Shown piece after piece: positions 25,901 to 37,600 of a DNA stretch of 64,000 nucleotides. The notes below the pieces were generated by a model that worked only from the letters and a program-made list of their open reading frames with translations, did not search any database and was not told where the DNA came from. Source of the DNA: Octopus vulgaris (lineage: Eukaryota); the NCBI GenBank assembly GCA_951406725.2, contig OX597819.1:9920001-9984000 (forward strand). The letters run 5' to 3'. Positions within the stretch are counted from its first letter, which is position 1, and each line of letters begins with the position of its first letter. Position numbers and translations under genes: made by a program.

Positions 25901-28900
25901 CACTTAGCAGTTCGGCAAAAAGAGACCGATAGAATAAGTACTGGGCTTACAAAAAGAATAAGACCCGGGATCGAGTTACTCGACTAAAGGCGGTGCTCCA
26001 GCATGGCTGCAGTCAAATGACTGAAACAAGTAAAAGAGTAAAAGAGTCTAGTGCTGTGGATTAAGCAAACTGTAAGAATGTTGGGCTGGGTGTGTCATGA
26101 TATGTGTTCTGTGTTCTAAGTTCAAATCTCAGCAAGACCTTCTTTGGTGATAGACATAATCCATCACCCAATTTAACACTTTAGCAGAGTCAATTCTGTT
26201 GCAAACATTCAGACCAAGTCTCTGGTTTGAGGGTATCTTCCTTCCGCCCTTTTCACTTAGCTGAGAAGCTTTGAAAAACATCATTTGCACTTGCTTTCGT
26301 TTGACTAAAAGATGAAAAAAAAAAGTATGTTTATATATAATGTGTGTGTGCATACTACTATTTACAAACACATTATACACACACACACACACACTCCTTG
26401 ATGGTTTAGAAACTATGCTTCACACATGCATTCCATTTCCGGCATGGTTTCTATGGTTTGTAAGGCAGCGAGCTGGCAGAAACGTTGGCACACCAGGTGA
26501 AATGCCTAGCGGTATTTTGTCTGCCGTTACGTTCTGAGTTCAAATTCCTCCGAGGTCGACTTTGCCTTTCATCCTTTCGCGGTCGATCAAATAAGTACCA
26601 GTTACACACTGGGGTTGATATAATCGACTTAATCTGTCTGTCTGTCCTTGTTTGTTCTCTCTGTGTTTAGCCCCTTGTGGGTAATAAAGAAATAGGTTTC
26701 TATGGTTGGATGTCCTTAGCACCACCATTGTACAGAGGGTACATGGATGCCATTAACTCCAAATAAGAACTGACTCATGTAGTAGTATACCACCAAAATA
26801 GTTAAACGAAAAAAGAAACTATTAAATGATGGTGATTGTGTGTGTGTATATGTTGTATATTTTATTTGAATATAATTTTAAAACCTTTTTAATTTTTGGC
26901 CAGGCTTTCGCCAAAATCTTCAACAGCACTCCTGACGACCTGGATATGCATGTGATTTACGATGTCTCACACAACATTGCTAAAGTAGAAGAGCACTTTA
27001 TTGACGGCAAGCAGACAACCCTATTGGTACATCGGAAGGGCTCAACACGAGCATTTCCTCCACACCATCCTCTCATTCCTGTAGACTACCAGGTATGTTT
27101 TGCTTTTGAAGATTTTATCAATAATGTTTTTTTTTTCAAGTTAGAAGAATTTTTAATGTTCTCATTCTAGCTCAATTTTAGACCTTACTAGCAGTATCGC
27201 CCAGCGTTGCTCGGGTTTGTAAGGGAAATAACTATATAAGCATTTTTAGAGATGTTAAGTATAATAGCCATCTCAATATGGCTAACCACAAAGGGGGGGG
27301 GTGTTACTGTAGCTTTTTACGTTCTGAGATTTAATAATACATTTTTAGAGAGTTACTTCCCTTATATATGCCAAAAAGGCATTAAAAATGGGGAAAATTG
27401 ATGGTAAATTTTTTTTAAAAATCGTCTGGCACCTGTGTCGGTGGCACATAAAATCACCCACTACACTCTCGGAGTGGTTGGCGTTAGGAAGGGCATCCAG
27501 CTGTAGAAACACTGCCAGATCAGACTGGCCTGGTGCAGCCTTCGGGCTCCCCAGACCCCAGTTGAACTGTCCAATCCATGCTAGCATGGAAAGCGGACGC
27601 TAAATGATGATGATGAGACTCATCGTAGACGCGCGCTAATACCCAGAAGGGCTCAATATGAATCACGACTATAAGATACCCGGTTTTGGTTAAACTGCAC
27701 CGCAAAATGTGGGAGTAGTTAGGAATCTAAATCGTAGGAGACAGACACACAACTTCACTTTTATATATAAAGATATGCTTCAGAGAATCTGCATAGGTGA
27801 GTGCAACTATCCAAGAGATTGACAGTTCACATCCTGCCAGGGGTACCGTATTGTGTCTGTGACCAAGACACCTAACTTTGAAATGGCTTATTTCTACTTT
27901 TTACAGAGTAGAAACAACTCGGTGCTATAAGCAGTAATACTAAATTGATGAGTGTATCGTTAACTAGCAGTGCTGAGTTCAAGTTTAGCCTGTGTCATTT
28001 TAAATATGACAAACTAGTACCTAATACAATGGTACATTACTAATTAAAGTTAAGCATTCAACCTGTGTCATTGTTTATATTTTAAGATTAAATACATATG
28101 GATACAGCAATTGCAGCGTGGAAGGTGTTTGTAAGCCATTTAAGAAACGCACAAAAGCCGTTCAATTCACTTCAACATTTAAGTTTAATTTGCCAAAATA
28201 TTTTCGTCGCTAAAATCCGTGAACTGTTCACTGACAAAAATCCGTGCTGCATCTCAGTGAACAGGTCGCAGATTTTATCGACGAAAATATTTTGGCAAAT
28301 TAAACTTAAATTCACCCACTACCAGAATGCATGACAATGACCCATAGACTACTCAAAGTGCATCCAAGAAATTGACTTTATCAGATTTATCAAAATTTAT
28401 CACTGACATAATGAAATTAAAACATATTTCAGTCACACACGTCTCGCATTTCTTTTGTGGTTCAGTGTATAATTTTCAATACTAGCATGGGTATAGCAGT
28501 TATTTACTCAAAAATATGAGTGTTCAATCACTTTAAATCTTAAGAAGAAATTACTGACTGGAATGTTAGATATAAATCTGGGAAAGTATAGTGCTTTAGC
28601 TTCAGTATCCAAAATAGTTGGGTTAAAACAGAAAACGGTAATAACAGTGTTGTGGATGTTATAATCATTTTTACCAAGAATATATTGGCTAGGTGGGTCT
28701 AGGATACAATTCTTCTGTATATCTAGATTGCTCAAACTGTTTTTCATAATCTCATACTAAGGGATTTTTTATACTCACATGTTCTTGTCACTAATTGTTG
28801 CAACAGAACATATAATGAATATTCTGTTGTGTCTGGAGAGAGTCATTCTCTTTTAGTGCCTTATTATTTAACACACTCACTGGTAAAATTTCCACTGAAG

Positions 28901-31900
28901 CACCATCCGATCGTGGCCGTTGCCAGCCTCGCCTGGCCCCCGTGCCGGTGGCACGTAAAGAGCACCATCCGTCCATGGCCGTTTGCCAGCTCCGTCTGGC
29001 TCCTGTGCGGGTGGCACGTAAAAAGCACCCACTACACTCACGGAGTGGTTGGCGTTAGGAAGGGCATCCAGCTGTAGAAACACTGCCAGATCTGACTGGC
29101 CTGGTGCAGCCTTCGGGCTTCCCAGACCCCAGTTGAACCGTCCAACCCATGCTAGCATGGAAAGTGGACGTTAAACGATGATGATGATTATGATGATATT
29201 GGCTAGGTGGGTCTAGGATACAATTCTTCTGCATATCTAGATTGCTCAAACTGTTATAATCTCATACTAAGGGATTTTTTATACTCACATGTTCTTGTCA
29301 CTAATTGTTGCAACAGAACATATAATGAATATTCTGTTGTATCTGGAGAGAGTCATTCTCTTTTAGTGCCTTATTATTTAACACACTCACTGGTAAAATT
29401 TCCACTTATTTCTTATTTTTATTTTCTAAAATTTTCATTGCGTCTTGCAACCTTTTCAATAGTCTTTTGAAAAGGTTGCATGATGCAACGAAAATTTTAG
29501 AAAATAAAAATAAGAAATAAGTGGAAATTTTACCAGTGAGTGTGTTAAATAATAAGGCACTAAAAGAGAATGACTCTCCCCAGACGCAACAGAATATGCT
29601 TCAATACACGAACTCATATAAAGAATCTTGCAAACCAAATCCAAAAACGAAATATAATGAATACTTATCTGGTTAATTAATCTTGCTTGTCTTTAAGAGC
29701 AAAGATGACCTTATATATTTTTATCTTTTCTTTAATACAGTTAACTGGTCAACCTGTTTTGATTGGTGGAACAATGGGAACTTGTAGCTATGTACTGACT
29801 GGTACTGATCAGGGAATGGAAGATACATTTGGAACAACATGTCATGGAGCTGTGAGTGTCCCTTTTTTTTTCTTTTTTTCTTTTTTGACACAAAAATTGA
29901 TATTACATTGTATTTATGGTCGGAGATTGGGATTAATTATATAGGAAGTTCATTTATTCTTTCTTTTATTCTTTTACTTGTTTTAGTCATTTGACTGTGG
30001 CCATGCTAGAGCACAGACTTTAGTTGAGCAAGTCGACCCCAGGATTTATTCTTTGTAAGCCTAGTACTTGTTCTATCAGTTTCTTTTGCCGAACCGCTAA
30101 GTTACAGGGGACGTATATACCCAAGTAATGCTGGGGGGACAAACACAGACACACAAACATATATATACGATGGGCTTCTTTCAGTTTCTGTCTACCAAAT
30201 CCACTCACAAGGCTTTGGTCAGCCTGAGGCTATAGTTGAAGACACTTACCCAAAGTGCCACGCAGTGGGACTGAACCCAGAACCATGTGGTTGTTAAGCA
30301 GGCTACTTACCACACAGCCACTCCTACGCCTTAGATATATATATATAGGTAGCGGGGCTCCGAAAGGGATCTTGGGGAATATCATCCCCGCCTTCCTGAT
30401 CTAGTTTTCTACTGCATTTCTTAAAAATCGTTGTAGGGGCCTTGGTTTTGGGACCACTGAGGTTGAGCAAGGGCATACTCCCCATAAAAAATCCAATGGG
30501 CACCAGCCAGCCCAAAGGTTGGGTTGGGCTGCACCTGCCTACCTCAGTTGCTATGGCATTGAGGTATATCAGGCCACCCCCGTTAACGGGGACAAAACCC
30601 AGTTTTAAAACACTGGATGATGATGATATACAACAGGCTTCTTTCAGTTTACCAAATCCACTCACAAGGTTTTGATCAGCTCGAGGCTATGATAGAAGAC
30701 ACTTGCCCAAAGTGCCACACAGTGGGACTGAACCTGGAACCATGTGGTTGGGAAGCAAGCTACTTACAACACAGCCACTCCTGCGCCTGATTGTTATTCA
30801 CGGTTTGTAAGGTATTTGAGGACATAGCTTTTCTGGGTCATTGCTGCATTTTTTGCTGATGCTGTATAATCTTTGATTTAGAAAATAATAATGACAGACT
30901 CTTGGATTACTCAAGAAATGAAGAGGCATGTTGCCATTGTGGTTGTAAAGGCTGAGCATAGCAATTTAGAAATATCTTGATTTTTAAAGTTCCCAGATCT
31001 CTTATCTACAAAGTTTGTAAGGACCTAGAGACTGAAGATGGAAACATCACCAGTATCAAAGCATAAAAAGCATTCTAAACGCTCTAAAATCAACAGAACA
31101 CCTGAATTTATCCAGCAAGTTCAACACGACGTCAATTGCAAAAGATCTCCATGTGTCTAAAGGAACAGTCAGAATGTTGTTTACGAAGACAGATATAAGT
31201 CTTATATGATGAGGAAAGGTCAATTTGTCAGGAAAAGCAAAAGAAAATCAGTACATCGGATCTAAAAGACTCTTAACCCTTTAGTGTTCGCATTATTCTG
31301 CCAAAATTAATCCTTTTTTATCTACACTACCTTGAACTAATCAGGCATTATCTTGGAGTTATGAGATTTCGATGAGGTAGCTGTTGATTTTTAAAACAAT
31401 ATTGTAGGGCTGGTGTGAGAGACCAGATCTGGCCAGTTTGAACATAAAACAGGTAGAATACTTTTAGCCGGATATGGCCGGTTTAAATGCTAAAGGGTTA
31501 AACAAACTGAAAAATCCAACAGAAGATTTGATTTTGTTCTTCTGAAACAAGAAAAACTTCGACCATGATCAAAAGGTTAACAGAAGAAATGACAAATGGC
31601 TATGTGAAGACCCTTCTGAAGTTCCAAGTGTTATGCATACAAAATTTCCTACAACTGTCATGGTTTTAGGGATTGCCAGCAATGAAGACATGTGATGCCG
31701 CCTTCTTTCCACAAATCCTGAGAGTTAACTATAATTGTTAATGGAAATAATTAAGCCCTGGATAGACAGTGCATGCAATGGAAGGTCATATGTGTTTCAG
31801 TAAGACCCTATGGCTTTAGTAACACAGGAATGAATGGCTGAAAATTTTCATGACCACATAACCCTTAACATTTGGCCCCCTAATTCCACAGTGCATGTCG

Positions 31901-32185
31901 ATCATTGTTGAGAGAGAGGTCGATGAACACACCCATAACATCAAAGATTCTTTGGAAGCTACCATAGTAAGAGTAATGTCCAAAATGAACCAGAACCACT
32001 TGATTCGAGCATGTACATGATTTAGATCTCATATAGAAGCAGTTGTTGAAGATGATGGTGGCTTTATTGAATGATATTATAGATAAGGTTTATTTTCATC
32101 CTCATAGCATTTTTTGATAAAGTTACTGTTATTATATAGCTGTTTTTTATAAACGAAAATCTGTCCTCAAATATCATACGCACCC

Positions 32186-32221
<36 letters not shown>

Positions 32222-34593
32222 ATGTATAATCATATCAAAAGGGAAATGGAATTTAATTAAATTTAAAATATTCAATCAAAATTTACATTTCCAGTGGTCT
32301 AATGTGTAAAAAATTAGTCAAGAAGACTATATATTAGTTATACGATATAGTGCATATATATACACATAAGGAATCCACACTTAGGGTGAAATTCAACATA
32401 TAGAACCACAAAAATAACGGATAAGATTCGACAGGAACAAAATTTGGAAATGAAAAACATTTACCATTTACCATGTTTTCCTTTCCAAATTTTGTTCCTG
32501 TCGAATCTTATCCGTTATTTTTGTGGTTCTATATGTTGAATTCCACCCTAAGTGTGGATTCCTTATGTGTATAAATATACACTATCGTGTATATATATAT
32601 ATATATATATGAAACGTATTGTTCAATGTAAAATTATTTTTTTGCTTGTTTTGTTTTTCCTGTTAGTAAATATATGAAACCTCTCTTGTTTAAATTAGGG
32701 CCGAGCACTTTCCCGTGCCAAATCTCGTCGTAATCTTGATTACATGGACGTTTTAGAGGCCTTAAATGCTCAAGGAATCAGTATACGAGTAGCTTCCCCA
32801 AAACTTGTTATGGAAGAGGTAGGTTGATTGTTTTTTTTCCTTCTACCTGCAACAGTATTCTTATTTTGTTGTGTCTGAGGAGAGTCATTCTGTTTTAATG
32901 CTTTATTAATTAATTAATACATTCGCCGGTTCAATTTCCACTCATTTACTTATTTATTATCTTTTCTTTTCTAGAATTTTCATTACTTCTTGCAACGTCT
33001 TCATTAGTCGTTGACTGTCTCTTATCAGAGTGGAGTTCTTGTTTGTTTGTTTGTTTCTGCACACGGCTAGCCTCGTGCCGGTGGCACGTAAAAAGCACCA
33101 TCCGTTCGTGGCCGTTGCCAGCGCCGCCCCCGACTGGCCTCGTGCCGGTGGCACGTAAAAAGCACCATCCGTTTGTGGCCATTGCCAGCCTCGCCTGGCC
33201 TCCATGCCGGTGGCACATAAAAAGCACCATCCGTTCATGGCCATTTGCCAGACTCGTCTGGCACCTGTGCAGGTGGCACATAAAAAGCACCCACTACACT
33301 CACGGAGTGGTTGGCGTTAGGAAGGGCATCCAGCCGTAGAAACACTGCCAGATCTGACTGGGCCTGATGAAGCCTTCCAGCTTCACAGACCCCAGTTGAA
33401 CCGTCCAACCCATGCTAGCATGGAAAGCGGATGCTAAACGATGATGATGATGTATATGCATCAGTGTGCATGTGTATACATGTATGTATAATATTATTAT
33501 CGTTATTCACTAGCTGGACCCGTGAAAACTTCACGGAAAACATAAAAAATGTAAGCATCTGTAAATCGTGTACTGGAACAGTGAGAAATGTTTCTATATT
33601 GTGACACTTAGAAAATATAGAAAGAAGTTAGGGTTAGAAATGTTAAGGGGAAAAAAATGTTAAGGTCATTTCTGACCACTGCTTGAAAGTGAGCCAACGT
33701 TGAAGACAATAAATTTCAAACAGCTTACATTGCTTTAGTTATCAGAAAAGTAGCAATTTACCTTTGCTACTTTACTGCTCATGGAATCCTTTGTATGTTA
33801 TTCCTTGAAGCTGATTTTATTTAGAAGCGAAAAATATACTTCTTTCCACTTCGAAAAGAAAAACAAAAATCGCATACAAACATGGTTTATACACATGTAT
33901 GTATATTTCTTTTAAAAAAATTTTTTAAATAACTAAAACCAACTTAAAAGGGGTTCCTATTCAAACACAATAACTATATAATCCAACTAAAATATCTCAG
34001 TTATGCAGACACAAACGGAGTTACTATTATCCTTAGAATACATTGTACGAAATCAAAGAAACTTCTTCGTTTAGAGGTACAGAATGTTCTTCTGGTAGTC
34101 TTTTATTCTTTGACTCATTTCGGTCATTTAACGGTGGCCATACTGGAGCATCGCCATTTCGTCGAAGAAATCAAACCCTGGACTTATTCCCCGTGAGCCT
34201 GGTGCTTATTCTGACAGTCTCTGCCAAACCACTAAGTTACGGGGATGCAAACAAACCTGCATCGGATGTCAAGCATTGGTAGTGGGGGGAACAAAGAGAG
34301 ACGAACACAAACATATATATCATCATCATCATCGGACGTTAAACGATGATGATGATGTATATATGTTTGTGTTCGTCTCTCTCTTTGTTCCCCCCACTAC
34401 CAATGCTTGACATCCGATGCAGGTTTGTTTGCATCCCCGTAACTTAGTGGTTTGGCAGAGACTGTCAGAATAAGCACCAGGCTCATGGGAATAAGTCCAA
34501 TATCCCTATATACATATACATGCGTATATACACATATGTAAACACACATATATATCTACACATATATACACACACATGTATATACATATATGC

Positions 34594-34632
<39 letters not shown>

Positions 34633-37600
34633 CTAGCAGCTAAACCCGGTTTCACCCGGCCGGTTTGGATGATGTGGCTGTAAAACCTGCTCTGTGTAAG
34701 CATTCGACTTGTTTGGGTACGCTTACGTTAAAAAAACAATTTTAGAATGACTCTTTTCTGTCAAAAAACGCTAAAAAATAACTGACCAACAAAAAAACAA
34801 CCAAGATTCAACCAAATCAAAAAATAAACCCAAATACTAAGTGAACAAAGATGAACCATCCCACTTCCATTGCACACAGACACACACGTTCACATACCCC
34901 TCCTTTTACATACACACACATATATTCACACAAAGTTGAAACACTGTTTGATTTATTTTTTTCAGCGTACAATTTTCATCATCTCACAACCAAGTTTGAC
35001 ATCAACCCTTCCTTCCTTCCTTATTCATCTCTTACCCCTTCCTTTCTCATTCATAAACAGAGTATTATTATAGTAGATTATCTTGATAACCATGGGAGGC
35101 ATGAAAAAAATACAAAGCCCAGCAACACCACCGGATCATTCAACACATCTGTGTAATTTTTCATGCAATTCCACCCAGCTGTTTGACCATGAATCGCAAG
35201 ATGAGAAAGAATCACCCATGTCAAATTTATATATATATTAAAAAGAAAATGAGAGCAAAAAGCACTTGTTTTTTCACAATGAAAAATTGTTTCCTAGTAG
35301 CCAGAATTTCATGACAAAATGTATGTTTATTAAGCACAACAGCCTGCAGTGCATGCCGCTGGGCATTAAAAGCCAATCGCACAAACCTAGAGGGGCTCTA
35401 AAAATCACTCTTTTTGCCATAGCAACCACATCTTTATAGCTTGCAAATTTTAACCATTGCGGGTCTCATCCTCATCCCGCATTTAGTATCCCTGCCAATT
35501 TTCAGCTCGATCCTAGCCTCAGTTTGGCCGCCATTAACCGTCAAAGCAAAATGTGCATACAATTTTCGTCCAAGGACTGTTTTATCTATATATATATATA
35601 TATATTTATATATCTCTCACTCAGAGTAAAAGGTAGACTGTATGACGCATGTGTACAAATAGCCATGCTACATGGCAGTGAAACATGGGCTGTGATGGCT
35701 GAATGAAACCAGTATGCTCTGATGGATGGGTAATGTCAGTGTGCATACTTGACTGAGTGTGAATACCTTGAGAGAAAAGTCGAAGCATCAGATGTGGTGT
35801 GCAAGAGAGACGACTGCACTGGTATGGTCATGTGGCGAGAATGGATGAGGATAGCTGTGTGAAAAGGTGCCACACCCTAGCAGTTGATGGAACCTGTGGA
35901 AGAGGTAGACCCAGGAAGACCTGGGATGAAGTGGTGAAGCATGACCTTCGAACATTAAGCCTCACTGAGGCAATGACTAACGACCGAGACCTTTGGAAAT
36001 ATGCTGTTCTTGAGAAGACCCGGCAAGCTAAATGAGACTATAACCTCATGGCCTATGCCAGGGGTGTAACCAGGCCACTTATGCATACCTTTTTTTCATT
36101 GGACACTAAACTCTACTTGCGAAGACCTGTTGAGGCAAGTGAAATCGAAATCAAATTCGATGACTGGCATCCCTGCTAGTGAAGCATTAAGAGCACCATC
36201 CGAGCATGATCGATGCCAGAGTGGCTATCTGGCTTCCATGCGGGTGGCACGTAAAAGCACTCACTACACTCTCAAAGTGGTTGGTGTTAGGAAGGGCATC
36301 CAGCTGTAGAAACTCTGCCAGATCAGATTGGAGGTCTGGTGCAGCCATCTGGTTCGCCAGTCCTCAGTCAAATCGTCCAACCCATGCCAGCATGGAAAGC
36401 GGACGTTAAATGATGATGATGATGATAGTTTGTTTACTTAGAAAATACAGTTCTTTACTATAGATCAGTTTGTGTCTACATATTTTGTAAAATGAACACT
36501 AGAAAGCTCATAAAAAATAATTATGCAGTGAAGAAAAGCTTAATTACTGATATTAATTGCATCAGTTTGGTAAATATTGGGGGGGGGGGGGATCTGGACG
36601 TGTTTTGGTCTCAATATCCTTCTTCAGTGATGTATATATATTTCTTTACTACCCACAAGGGGCTAAACATAGAGGGGACAAACAAGGACAGACAAAGGGA
36701 TTAAGTCAATTACATCGACCCCAGTGCGTAACTGGTACTTAATTTATCGACCCCGAAAGGATGAAAGGCAAATTTGAACTCGGAACGTAACGACAGACGA
36801 AATACTGCTACGAATTTCGCCCGGCATGCTAACGTTTCTACCAGCTCGCTGCTTCAGTGATGTATATAACTTAACCATACTTCTTGCTGATGTAGTAATG
36901 TGAGTCACTTAGTAGATGTACAATGATGAAAATGTGTAGATATGAAAAATGAGCATATTCAAAAATATACTTAATTTACTTCAAATTCACAAAAGCTATC
37001 AGAACTCAGGAGCAGATCCTCTGGGGCTGCTATTTTTACTACCTAGGTTTATAGTTTATTACAAAAGACTTACCCTTAATCTCCCTCCTCATCGTCCCTT
37101 GGTGTTAATTGTAAAAATTGAAGCGCTGATCTCTAATTATGGAGGAAATCTGTGGATGGGGTAGATCCAAGAAAATGTGGGATGAAGTGATGAGAAGAAG
37201 ACACATCAAGTTAAGTGAAATTGTGGCCACCTACACATATATGCATGCATGTCCCTTTCGGCCATGCCCCCCTCCTTCAAGTCTATAAACCTCTGTCAAA
37301 ACTCCATCTTCCCAACACTTACTGCAGGCTCCTCCACTCACGTCCCTAACCACCTAACCACACACTCTCCATGCCCTCACATATCTTCCTTATCCCCCAC
37401 CCATTCCAGCCACTCAAATTTCCCTCACCATCACTTCCTACAGTCATGTCTTCCCCATCTCTAAACATATCCTCTCATACTTTTATGGAGCATTCCCTTC
37501 CATACTACTTATGCGCCCCGCTCCAGTTTCTTGTAGGTGAACCCCAGTACATCTCCAAATTATCAATTTCTCTCTTTCACTCAGATTTTCTCTCTATCTT

